DNA of 64,000 bases, taken from NCBI RefSeq assembly GCF_001949145.1, contig NW_019091359.1, positions 1,500,540 to 1,564,539 of the forward strand. Direction: 5' to 3'. The translations under genes were made by a program, and so were the position numbers. Positions within the stretch are counted from its first letter, which is position 1; every line of letters starts with the position of its first letter. The stretch is from Acanthaster planci (Eukaryota). This document shows positions 27,343 through 39,600 of this stretch, piece by piece. The notes under the pieces are model-generated. The model was not told where the DNA came from. It made no database searches and worked only from the letters and a program-made list of their open reading frames with translations.

Positions 27343-30300
27343 CTGGGTGTTAAAAGGAAGGAACAAAAAAATTTACTTTTCCGGGGTGACTTTTCAGGCA
27401 GCAGACCTCTGAACAACACAGAGAACCACTCAAATTTGTTCAAAAAGATACACTCGATTTCTTATACTACTTGTTAATTATTATGCAATATTTACTTTAA
27501 AACCTTTTTGGCATTTGCAGTACGTAAAGAGATAGGATGACCAAAAAAAAATCGAAGAGGTGTACGAGAAAACATTAAATCGGTTTGCACCCTTCTAAAT
27601 AGGCCTACTCAAAATTAAGTCATCGTATTTTCACGTTACACTGAAAAGTATTATTTCACTCAAATAAAATTTGCGAAAAAGAAAATTTTCGAAACCCCTT
27701 TCTTTCTATGAACAGATCTGTAGTGGACCATAGGAAGATGGGTGGTTCTGAAAAGAACCGGTAAGTTGAAACCGGTTTCTCGATCAGTGCGCTCGGCACT
27801 GTCGGACTAGTAGATGAAGCTGTCATTCAAGGGGTTTGGGGAATTAGTTGACGTGTGCGATGCTAGTGGTGATGGGCACGAAGACCAGGATGCCAGATTC
27901 TAGTCGCTGGGGCGCTGAGGCATCGATGTTGAAGGCTGGTCACTGAGGTGTGATGCTGAGGATTCTTAGAGGTGTTCGCTGGATACTATATGCCCTCTTG
28001 TTCCCAAGACATGTTGAAGTTTTCCGCGCAAAGACTTAATTAAAGACCATTGAAAGGTTTTACCTTTGTCTTTTCTGCGATGACCGAGGATTAGTGCCTT
28101 GTCTCTGTCCAAGTGATCTAGGTCCATACAGCCCGCCTCGGTGGGCTCTGGATGTGTCAACACTGTCTTATTCTCTTCCTGTGGAAAATGGATTAAGGGG
28201 AATTACGCAGTCTAGGGCATCAATTTCAGGGAGAGATTTATTGAAGTTTTTGTATCGTAACCTGACATAAAATAGTACTTTTTGAAATCAGGGAATTTAA
28301 AATGAGCTCTTGCTGAGTTATTTTTGACTCGGGAAGGGAGAGGTTACAGACAGGAAATCAACAAGTCAATCACCGAATCTCGACAGACATTCCTCAAGAA
28401 ACACGAAGAAATTTCTCGACCAATATGACAGTCATACAGACTGATCGAACGGCCGGTAGGCAGTTAGTCAACCAGTCAGCCAATTAGTCAAGCAATCTAC
28501 TAATATGTCGGCAAGGCTTTGTCCTTCGTGGAGGTTCAAAAGTGGACATCTGCTTCTCTTCCGCCAAAATACAAAAAAGTAGATTCTGCATTATTATAGA
28601 GTGCATGTTTTAGTCCTCCACTTTACAAATTGAACGTTTTACCAGAAAGCATTTTTCGACTTTTCTACTCTATTGCTTCAAGAAATGCGAACTTTCTTTT
28701 TAGTCATCACTAACGGTCCAGAAACGGACATCTACTTTCCCACTTCGCTTCTTCTGGAAAATTTGACCAAGAATATTGACCAGAGTTATTTTTCTACTTT
28801 TCGGCTCTCCGAGAGATTAGTTGGAATAGTCTACTGTCACAGTGGTGTAAAAGTACACATTTGCTTTTCTGAGATCAGAGAAGCCAATTAACCGTTCTGG
28901 ACATCAAGTTCACTTTCTTGCTTTTCTGCAGACCAATAAAGCAGATCGAGCCTTCCTTTCATTGTAGTCTATAAGTGACTATCTGCTCTGATGGCCCAAA
29001 CCCATCAAAATAACGTTGTCAAAGGCTTGTCCAGTGATACAGTGTGTAACCTTGAGTTCTAATTCGATAAGGAAACATCTTCATGGCCAAAGATTTCATG
29101 AAACAGAATGTACCTACAGAGAGAGGAGACTGCAAGTGCACGCCAATGTAGGCCCTATATTTGACATATTACGATACCTTCTTGTCTATTGTAACTATCC
29201 CCTTCTTCCTCGTGCTGTTACGCATCTCTTTTCTTGACCGTCCAGCCATAATTTCATCCATCCCCGATAACGAAGGTAACTCATCTACAAAAATAATGAA
29301 CGACACCAGGCTCAAGGACGTGTTTGACACGTCTGGTTAATGCAATGCGTCAAAAGGTGCAGACTCAAAGCATTGCCAACGAAAATCTACATGTTCCAGA
29401 CGTCAATGTACTAGTTTTTAGTCTCAAAAGGATTTTGATATGGAATTTTATCGAAGAGAGCTAGTCGCAATTAAGTTTATGCTCGAACTCTGAAGTATGT
29501 TAATTTCTCTCTGTGTGATTACTGTACGTTCTATGTGATTACTGTACGTGTACATGAAAGTCGACTCGAAAACCTAGCTCTGTGAGGAATATAATAACAC
29601 TTGTGTGATGAATCATAGGAAGAAGTACAAACTGAAGCGCGCATCGATGTCGTCAACAGCAGCCCTAAGCCTACAGTCATGTACACGTGCCTGTACAGGG
29701 CCAAAAGAAATGCACCAAATAACAAGGACTACAGCAGGGCTCAGTTCTCTTTCCACAAAATTCTTTATTTCATGTTCAAGTGGGCTACGTGTGTGTTAAA
29801 AATCTGAAAATTAAATTTAGCAGTTATGTTTTTCGTAGGAATCTCATTTAATGACCGGGATGTAATACGAGGGGGTATTTGAGAGTGATCATTCAAGCAC
29901 GCGGAGGAACTTGAAGACATTATTCAAAATACAGATTAAATTCCACAACTACGACGACAATCAGGGGCGGATCCAGGATTTTTCCCAGGGGGGGCGTGAC
30001 CCCGGATTTTCCAAGGGGGTGGGTGTGAACGCAAGCAGCAACGGTAAAATGCCCGTGAGCGTGAAGCCCGTAAAGCATGGGATCCATCTCTATTCTTCTT
30101 CTGTTTTAAATCAATCAATTTATTTTTATTCATTTTTTGGGTGGAAAAGTGGGCATGCGCCCCAAGCGCCCTGGACCCGCCCCTGACAATGGGTCTAAAT
30201 GCCAGTGTGGGCACCGAGGACTTCATCACTATGATGCACGATATTCGCTGATGTAAACCCACGCAATGCGCGAGCATGTCATTTGAAGCAAGATATGAGA

Positions 30301-31249
30301 CGGAGAGACCTCCCCGCCTTTGTGTTGGTCATTATTTGATCGGAATCTCAGCAATTCTTTACAGACTTCTAGGGGGGATGTGTTAGGTAACAATAGTCTA
30401 GATTGTGTATAGGGATTGGACAGGTAAGGGGGGACCCCTCCGTCCCATATCTTGCCTGGTAAAGAGCATGTGTACATGTACAGAATACATGTAGCCTACT
30501 CAAACCATGCACGTACACAATGCGCGAAATTGAGATGCCGATTTTGTATCTTTTGACATTTGAACCTCATGCATCATGTATGACCATTTTGCGCACAACT
30601 TAACTGTAAGGGACCATAGCGAATATGTGGTAAGGAAAAAAATCGCGCGCGGGAATGGGTCCACAATCACGTGAGAAGAAAATGAGCCACCCTCGAAGCG
30701 CTCCGTACAGACACTTGAAATTTCTTGACCCCAAATTCGACTGGCTGTACACTCCCAAACGATCATTACAGCTGTACTCTGAGTGGAAGGCGCAACATGA
30801 ACATCCTTTACAGCTGTTTCGTGTGATGTACTTTACTATACTAAAACACAGATAATTCAAAACAACCACAGGTATAGAGAAATATTCACCATGGAATTTA
30901 CACTTGGCCGACGAGGTCAAAATAAGTGCTTTTTAATTTTAGAATGGCATTTACCAGCATGACTACCAAAGGGTCCCAGGTGCCTTTGAAGTGAGACAAT
31001 AAAATTAAAAGTTGGGTTAAATGGGACACAACGGAAAAGTCGTCAGAACCACATCAAATATTGCACTACAGGGGCCCTTTAAAACTATGACGCGTGACTG
31101 TTGTCCACAGGAAATAAGGATACGGTTAACTCACTTTTCTGTCTGGTCGTATATCGAACATGCTGTACAAGCAGGCCTATGAACGTCAACAGAAATGTCG
31201 TTGCCGTCAAGTAAGCTAGCATTCGCTTCCAGTGGCGTCGTCGAAACAT
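26558..31249 (-). CDS. MGAT4/GnT-IV-like (GT54) N-acetylglucosaminyltransferase, paralog A, ~373 aa
   Basis: Exons 31249-31135, 29284-29178, 28178-28064, 27342-26558 join in frame with GT-AG sites. N-terminal signal anchor MFRRRHWKRMLAYLTATTFLLTFIGLLVQ. GT54 motifs FLTIGVTTAER, YLDQTL, WRSKENIDSVFLF, YFLQMDDD, GKLF, PVDYL, PPLFKHLGVVSTL. Confidence 0.88.
27720..28010 (-). mobile_element. Decayed Penelope-like 3'/pLTR remnant in intron 3 of paralog A
   Basis: Shares gtggttctgaaaagaaccg with the Penelope tail at 53200; orthologous relic at 44820-45130. Confidence 0.5.
28064..28178 (-). CDS. MGAT4-like A exon 3 (stem)
   Basis: ttttccacag acceptor, GTAAAA donor; ends ALILGHRRKDK, a motif shared by all three paralogs. 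Confidence 0.8.
29178..29284 (-). CDS. MGAT4-like A exon 2 (stem)
   Basis: ttttgtag acceptor and GT donor, correct phase; homologous to 45956-46059. Confidence 0.7.
29962..30185. mobile_element. MITE with CAGGGGCGGATCCAGG termini
   Basis: caggggcggatccagg / cctggacccgcccctg, flanked on both sides by acaat. Confidence 0.75.
31135..31249 (-). CDS. MGAT4-like A exon 1 (cytoplasmic tail + TM anchor)
   Basis: ATG at 31249, basic tail then hydrophobic stretch, GTGAGT donor; homologous to 47025-47139. Confidence 0.8.
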
Positions 31250-32832
31250 CGTTAATGTGGATACCTGTGTGCCTGGAGAAAACCTAGAATTTAAAATAAA
31301 TACGAAAAATGACTGCAGTAGTTATTCAATTAAAGTGTATGACAAAACGAACGGACGGTACACCCCCGCCAGCACACCCCTTTCTTTTGCACGTCACAAG
31401 CACAAATTTTGCGAACACGGTGGTAAGTAAATTTATGGCTAGCCGTGAGCTCCAAATCAACAAATGAATCAACATGGTTTTACCAGAACCGCGGTATAAA
31501 TATTAAAACCGGTGTATCATGGGCATAGCGGGCGGGGGTGGGGGTTGGTGTTGGGAACGGGTGTTATGCCCCGAAATAAAGGAGCCAAAGGTTTTTTTAT
31601 AAATGGGAGAGCGGAGATTAGGGGTTTCTCCTTCTCCTTTTATTCAGCAAAGTGAATAAAAAGCCACCAAATGTTGCCTCAGCTCCCCGAAAGGATATAA
31701 AAAATTCAATGAAAATATTCCTGAATGTTTCGTCCCCCCCAAAAACAAGTTTGGCCCCTGAAAATTTGGCTTTAGGTCCGCCCTTGCTCAAATTAAGTAG
31801 CTCTACTAAAATACTACATGACAATGAATCCCATTTCGTGATCAAATAATGTCTAATATGCATATCAGAGATTCGAAGTCGGCCTGGCTTGCGTACTTCG
31901 GGTAGTGCATTTGTTACAGTTGAACAAGATTTCTGAGTTAATGAATTCATTTAGGATGTTGATTCATGTAGACTGTGACAACGATCACTGAGTCCGTAAA
32001 ATGAAGTACTCGACATTACGAAGCATCCGTGCATTTAAAATATTAAAAATATTGAACTGATCGCAGTAAAGTCATCCAGTTTTGAAGGAACAGGACTCTG
32101 TGTTTTTCGACATAATTCGAGACGGTTGAATTTGTCTGCCTTTGTAGTATCATTAATTACATATCATGGCTGAAAAATTCAATTTGCCTCAAATACCCAG
32201 TATAAATGGGGAAGCCATATGTTATTTTGCCTCGGAATATTTCATATTCAATGAAATCTGTTAAATGGGATGGTACGAAACTATTTTGGGTTCCAAACCT
32301 CACTCCCTGCGTTTGCAAACGTCACTTATCACAAATTTGGAATTATTCTAAACAAAATGTAACCTAAATTTGTATTTGTATTTTGCCGCTACTGTCAGGT
32401 ACATGGAATCAGTTTTTAAAAAAATCTCATTTTCAATTTATTAAAGATGGCTGACACATGAATACAGTCTACAGTGGTTCAGACATAGTTTGTGCTTTAT
32501 TTCCTCCTCGTGAGCATGTAATGGCCCCTTTTCCACTCACCGAAAAGGTACCTGTCTGCGGTCAAGGACGCACTGACAATGAAACAACTGATTCAAAACC
32601 GGGTACGTTTCATTTTGCACGGGTAAACATCGTTGTTCGTCTTTGCAGGCTAAGCGTTACATGTGAAAGACACATGGAAATGTATGACGCTACGACAAGT
32701 GGCCTTGTAATATTTGTATCTGCGCAATGAAGAAATTATTGGTGTGAATGTGTGTTTCTGAATTCAATTTCTGCACGATGCAGACGCCATTTTTTTTAAA
32801 GCGCAGTGCGACTGGGATGGGTTTTTTTATTC

Positions 32833-33380
32833 CTTCTAAAGGCAAAAAGAGTGAAAAATCACTCTAAAAAAAGTGAATCCCTCATAAGTTCAATCCAAAA
32901 GAGTGACAACCAGTCTCAAAGAGTGAAACCATTCTAACAAATATCACTCTGAAACAGTGAAAATCACACTATAAGAGTGAAAATCACTCTCAAAGAGTGA
33001 AAGCCACTCTCAAAGAGTGAAAACCAAATAATTTAAAATCACTCCAAATTAAAGATTGACAACCATTCTATAAGAGTGAAAGCCACTCTCAAAGAGTGAA
33101 AGCTATTCTCTAAGAGTGAAAGCCATTCTAAAAGAGTAAAAACCACTCTAAAAAAGTGGAAATCACACTATAAGATTGAAACCTACTCTCAAAGAGTGAA
33201 AACCATTCTCAACGAGTGAAAACAATTCTAAAAGAGTAAAAACTCGGTTTGTGGTTGTTTTTTTTACTCTTTTAGAGAGGTTTTTTTACTCTTTTAGCGT
33301 GTTTTTTTTACTCTTTGAGGTGGATTATGAGGGACTCACTCTTTTAAGAGTGATTGTTTATTCTTTTGCATTTAGAGAGT
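32833..33380. mobile_element. Foldback-like element with 20-bp subterminal tandem array (aaagagtgaaaaccactctc)
   Basis: About 20 units on the left arm, a few inverted units on the right arm. Termini ctaaaggcaaaaagagtg..tcactct..ccctcataa are mirrored by ttatgagggactcactctt..ttttgcatttag. Confidence 0.7.
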
Positions 33381-34520
33381 TGATTGCAACTAAACGTTTA
33401 ATCATGTGATAAAAGATGGATATTCTATGTCTGTCTTTAGGAAATCTATAGATGCAGCCGCTGTTTCTCATATGTGCGGCGAAAATATTGGAAAATGGAT
33501 CATATCAAAATTCCTCCTACATTCACTTCTGCCTTGATGACCATACCCTTGAAACTTAAGAAAGTAACTTGTTCTTGTAAGTTGTACAAGAAATATTATT
33601 GTAAATATATAGGCCTAATGTTATTCTAAGTTTTCTTTCCATTTTTTACAAGACGATGCCATCATTCTTTAATATTCTTGTGTTTGATATACCACTCCAG
33701 AAAATAAGTCAAGTGCAGACAAATGTTTCCATTTTTTTCTTGGTCATATTTTTTGTTGTACATCCCCAAAATAACTTATGAGCCAGCCCCTAAACGAAAC
33801 AGTTTCAGATGCGGACGTTGTTGATTTCTTCGGACAAAGTTGAAAAGCCAAGGAAAGATTATTCAAGTTTAAATTCAAGAGTTCCAGGATCCTGGTGTTA
33901 ATACATCCATTAAACACTGAACACGTGACATAAAGATGCAAAGGCGTATCTAAGATTTAATCATCACGGGGACGCGTTAAGTTTGTTTATACAGTTGCGA
34001 CGACCGCAGATCTGGCCTTCTATAGATGAAAACATTTAGAATTCAATGAAGAAACCTATGTTTTTGAGAGGGGAGGCGTTTAATGCTCCAAAATGCGAAT
34101 ATTATAGTAATGTGCTTTGCGTGGTACAATACTGAGCACTGTTAGAGACTGACTATATACAATAGTTTTCTGTGTTGAGTCCTGAGTCCCTCTTTAATAG
34201 GTGAATGAGATTTTATTGCTTTATCACTGACATCATTGGATGTCTTGCCATTAATTTTCGTCTCCAAATAAGGAACCAAAGTAGTCTAGGAACCACACTG
34301 TATAAATAAAAATACTATTTTCAAGTATACAGCAGGCATCATTTTGGAATAACTTATTTAAAGAATGCATTTCAGTTTGGAAAACTTTCTTTTTATTCGG
34401 CCTATTGCTCATACCAGAACACCAAGTCTGTTCACAACAAACCTTTGTTTAAACCTTCGTTCTCAAATTCAGAACTCCATCACCATGACTGCCAACGCAA
34501 TTAAAGATTAAAGATCTTAC

Positions 34521-34590
34521 CTTTAATGGAAAGTGTCACAAGTTGTTACGTACACTCTACTGGGAGTGCAACTTCTGTTAAAAGGAATTA
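34521..34590 (-). other. Putative non-coding 5' exon of MGAT4-like A (5' boundary uncertain)
   Basis: Strong AAG|GTAAGA donor inside a block conserved with 57863-57930 upstream of paralog C. Confidence 0.4.
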
Positions 34591-36145
34591 AGGGTGCGCC
34601 AAAACTCCCCAAAAGATAATTTATTTTCCGATTAACTGCATCTTATAATTAATGCATTATTAAATTGAGAAAATGTGAAGAAATTGCCGGACTAGAATCC
34701 TTCCTGTGTGATCAACAGCAACCTGTTTGTTATGAAATATGATTTGTGTTTAGCAGAGGGGAGGGCATCGCTTCTGAATGTAACTCACTGACCCGAATCG
34801 GTAATGGCTTCCACTCTACGCGTTTTTATACGCAGTGCCACTGATCAGTGTTGAGCAAGGCACTACAATTCGACTGTTGGTGTGCCTGCACGTAATTGAA
34901 TCAGTTCAGTATAGAAATATAGTAATACTTGCACACAAAAGGGAGTCCACGTCGAAGTACTTCGGTAGCGCGTTTAAGGTAAGATTCTGTGCCTATAGCG
35001 ATGCAAAATGTTAGAGCGTCTCCAAATACCTAGTAATGGGAACCGTACAGGTGTATTTTGTTCCAAAGCCCCCCCCCATGCCAACTTCTCTTTTGGAATT
35101 AAAAACATCTGTAATTCAAGGAAAGAAATAAATACCATCAATGTAATCTTTTGATGAATACATGTTCATGCTGAAAGGTTCTTTTTCTGGCTAATGTTAA
35201 GTTTTTAAAATCTGACTACCATAAGATTTGCTTGATAAAAAAATCAATGATTGCTTCAGAGCATACAAAAACACACCGAAAGAAGTGATTGTTTCGTATC
35301 GGTTTAAGTTTGAGGTAATGTGTTCTGGATCAAGTGTATTTTGTATCTGTTCTGAAGACGAGAAAGGCAGTCTGAAAAGCTTTCGTCACAGGGAGTTGGA
35401 ATTTCAGTGAAAGATGGACATGATCTCAACCCCTACAAGTAATATAATGATCAAAATTAAAAGGATAGGTCAACTCTGTGCACGACTCGATTATACTACC
35501 ATGATGATGAAAGATGGCTCTCTGGCTGGTTGCCTGCTGTACTAACAAGTGGCCATTGTCCTATGAATAAATACAAATGCCACGTGTCAGGGCCCTGCTA
35601 TTTTTAGAAGTGGGATTCAGTGTGTGCAGACAATACCAGCAAAACTTGGAAGGTATTCAATTGTAATGCAAGCCATGGAAAGTTTATACATGCACCACAT
35701 TCGCCAATATATATCCTAAACTGAAAGTGGGTCCGGGAATGTTCGGCTAGTTCCGGAAATGTTTTGAGATGACAGGAGAAATTCCTCCCAGTTTAATTAC
35801 GCGATCTTGGCGGATACTGCCACCTCATGATTCCTAAAAATATTCGATATTTTTGGTCGGGACCACACTGCGCCCCAAATAAAGGTAAGCCCTAACACTT
35901 TGGGGCATAGGATTACTCATCATAGTAAAAATTTTTTATCTGTAAAGTTCTTCAAATAACACCCCCCGCATAAAAATGTTGACCCCCGATTTACCATTAG
36001 TGTTTGTTTTAAGTTGGTATGCTGCCAGCCACAACAACAATCTTAATATTCATTCAAAAAGTCCTCTTGCATTGGGGAAATGGATGGTAGTATGTTGCTT
36101 AGATTACCAAAAGTGAAACGAAATTCCGAATATTCTGAATCCCTG

Positions 36146-36503
36146 CTAATAAACCACTTGAAGTTAAATGTGAATAAAATCTGGTACACTGATTGCACAT
36201 AAACGTAACAATTTGAATTCCCCAGACTAACGACACTGTTGCTATACCTCGTGATTCGGGGCAAGCTTTTGCATAGCGACCACCATCTCTGGAATGGACT
36301 GGTTCCTCTGTGGTGTTCTTATCCATTGAGAACAGTGTCTTGTTGCAAGGCGTCTCTTTTGTAACTAAGCAAAAGCTTACCCCAATTCACGAGGTACAGC
36401 AACAGTGGTTTTAGTATGGAGAATTCGAGTTATGTTCACGTGAATTTAAAGAACTCGGTGTACCAGATTTTATTCAAATTTAACTCCCAAATGGCCTGTT
36501 GAA
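36146..36503. mobile_element. MITE, copy 2, just upstream of paralog B's first coding exon
   Basis: TIR gttaaatgtgaataaaatctggtacac / gtgtaccagattttattcaaatttaac; homologous to 17498-18032. Confidence 0.8.
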
Positions 36504-36559
36504 GCATGCTTTTTCTCCAATTACTCGGCACTCACAGTTGAAGCCGGGAATCGATCAAA

Positions 36560-36668
36560 ATGCGCCTGCGGTCGCAAAGCTGTTTTATGTTGCTCCTCTT
36601 GGCAGCAGCGCTAAGCATCATGGGAGTCTTCACCACAATCGCCTACATCCTAGATGAAACCTATACCG
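36560..36668 (+). CDS. MGAT4-like B exon 1 (TM anchor)
   Basis: aaaATG start, hydrophobic stretch, GTAAGT donor. Confidence 0.75.
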
Positions 36669-39600
36669 GTAAGTCGAATTGCAGTTGACAAAGTAGATCC
36701 CGACCAGATTTGACACTACATAAAAGAACTGAGAGTTTAAACAGAAGCCATTATACATGAGTAATAGTAATAAATTGTGTCAAGGGACCTCCACGCAAGA
36801 GACTAGCATAATTACACATTAATTCAGAAAAAAAAAATGAAAAGAAGACCTGTCCTGCAACGAACATCATTCCATGCGTTGTTGAGATAATAATAAATTG
36901 ATGGATCTTTAGGAGAAAAATTAGCATATAATTATAATAATTCAGAAAAAATAGAGCAACTAAAAAACCACCTGCTCGAGCAAAACTTCCATGCATCGTT
37001 GCACAAAGGTACTATAATTTTTAACAGTCCACGGAGGATTCGGCAAATCAATCATGCTAGGCGAGCACAATCATTTCTTAAGGTGTAATATATGATTACA
37101 TGTAGTCTGGGCATAACAGAAGAGGTTTCGCCCGAAGTTATTCATGAAATCAATTTATAAATTAAATAATGGCAAAGGTCAGTTTTTTTCTTTGAGCTGC
37201 TTGTCCTTCCAGAGGTTGTATTTTGAAATGATTATAGTTTTATTTGTAAATAAAGGATATGAACTTTGTAAGTACATGTACTCTGATTCAACAGTGTTAC
37301 AGTTAATTCCAAAAGAATGGACTAAAAAAAGAAGAACACAATAAAAAAAACAACGCTGAAGTAAACCAAATCCAATTCTATCTCCCAATTAGCTTACTCT
37401 ACATTTTATCAGCCAAGGACCACCCTGAGCCAGTGGATGAACAAAATGAATACCGATGGAAAAAAAGGGGCAAATATATACTTTTACATGATAAAAATTT
37501 AAACCGATGCAGTAACGTACAGTAAACATCCCAATTTTTTTTCTTGAATGTTAATGCTACACGACTAAAGAGATGGGGCACAATACTCTATGTAGCTGTG
37601 TCGTATACATGCATTATGTACCTACAGGAAAGGTCACTAGTAACTTTTTACTGCAAATAACATGTAATGTCTTCTCATAAGCTAAAATAAACGTAGCCGA
37701 CAGATTTGCCATATATTTGCTTTTACTGCGATTCTTTCACCCATTTTCTGCTAAACAACTTGGCGACGCATCACGCATGTTGTGCAGAGACAAATCGAAA
37801 CACTGAGCAGAGACTACGCAACACGAAGACCAATCGAAATGCCGAGGAGAGACCACGCAACACTCAAACAGAGGTAAAATGCACAGTGTTTGCTAGATCG
37901 TCCTTTCTGTGCCCCTGCGTCATATTTTTTTAATTAATAAGCATATAGCTTTGTTCAACAGTTTACAAACTACACCCTTGTGTTGGCTAATACTTTGTTG
38001 CATTGCCTTTAATCTTTGTAGCTGCAGTCATTCTAGCCGGATGACCATCAGCTTCTTTCAACACTCAGAAGGGATTCTAACCCATTTTCCTAATATTATT
38101 GGTGGAGTTCAGTCCAGTGGTGGGTTTCCTCTTAAGCACTTGCTTTTTCAATTTCGTCCACAAATCCTCCTTGGGATTTAAGTCTGAGCTTTAAGCTGCC
38201 CACCCAAAAACACCAGCTTTGTTCTGCTGAAGCCACCCAGCAACCAACAAGAAAGTAGGCTTCCGGTCGTTGTCACGTTGGAGGGTGTAGTGACGTCCCA
38301 GGTTCAGCCTTCGAACGGACTGCTTTAGGTTCCCTTGTAGAATTTCGGAGTAGTCTGCCTTCTTGGTGCCATCTTTCTCACATGCTCCCAACCACTAGTG
38401 CATAAGACCCCTACAGCATGATGTTGCCACCACCATCCGTTCCTTCATGCACCACATTGACCATGCTTGCCCGTGGGCATGGTCATACTGTGGTGTTCTT
38501 CGGTTTCATGCCCTAAATCACTATTTTCTCCTTCATTTTTCGGAAATGCAGAGATTAGTGACGACTACCGCACCTTCCAAGGTGAGACGTAGCGATGTCA
38601 AGCACATTGATCGTGAAGGAGCTCTCGTGCTGGGGCACAGTCGAAAGAACAAAGGTATCTCCAATAGTCTACCCCCCCCACCGACAACGACGTCAACTTA
38701 GACACTACGAAGTGCCAGTGAAACACATAAAGACGCTGACAAGGAAAAGATTTTTGAAACACACAGCAACGAAATGACTAACTGGCAATAATGGGATGAA
38801 TCTTTGTAACAGACCAATTATTGAAAGAACACAAAAGTGGAATTGGTCTATGTATGACTGTGGTGAGAGAAAAGATTTTTTAACATTTTTATACAATGTG
38901 AACAAAAAGAACGTACCTACCTTCGAGAGAAAATTCAACTGCATTCCAATTTCCCACTAAGTGGTGACAAGACACTTTTTTCTAATGTTAATGACGTTTC
39001 ATGCGTTATTAATTACCCAGAAATCTAACAAGCTTAAGTTTGGGTCATTTTGCTTATTTTCCACAGGCTTTCTAACAATTGGGATCCCTGTTTCTCGTGC
39101 AAGCGGTGAAAGTAACCTTCGACTGACCTTGGAATCTCTTATAAAGAGCACTACGGTCGCCGAAAGGGCATGGCTGACTATCGTTGTCTTCGCCCGTGAT
39201 TTGGACCAGGGTTCCCGGCAAGCGGTGCGGGCCGTCGTGGCCAACTTTACAGAGCCCCTCCGCACCGGCATGCTACAGCTTATCCAGATCCCGCAGTCGT
39301 TTGCGTTCCACTTGGGTCGCACTGCGACACAGGGCGCCGGCGACGGGCAGGCAATAGAGAATAGGGACAACGCCTTCCTCATCGCCTACAGTAGCAACAT
39401 GTCCAACTACTACTTGCAACTGGACGGCCGCGTTCAGGCGGTTTCCGGCTACGCCGCTGCTATTCGAGACTTCATCAAGTCTCGGGGTTCCAGGTATTGG
39501 GTGACCCTCGAGTTCGGTCTCAGGCCAACAACAGGCAACCTGATCCGCCTAGGGGGACGGGATGAAGCACAACTCAAGTACCTCTTGGTTGAATTTGGCG

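Noticed and set aside
26708..27412. Plus-strand ORFs repeated at 43750-44394
   Set aside because: Antisense shadows of the GC-rich MGAT4-like exons; their conservation follows from the duplication.
28500..29120. Additional candidate exons for paralog A
   Set aside because: They contain stops or the wrong phase and have no counterpart in C; the four-exon model is already in frame.
32850..33240. Regular 20-bp repeats resembling a CRISPR array (also 52500-52880)
   Set aside because: Units are contiguous with no unique spacers, there are no cas genes, and the context is eukaryotic.
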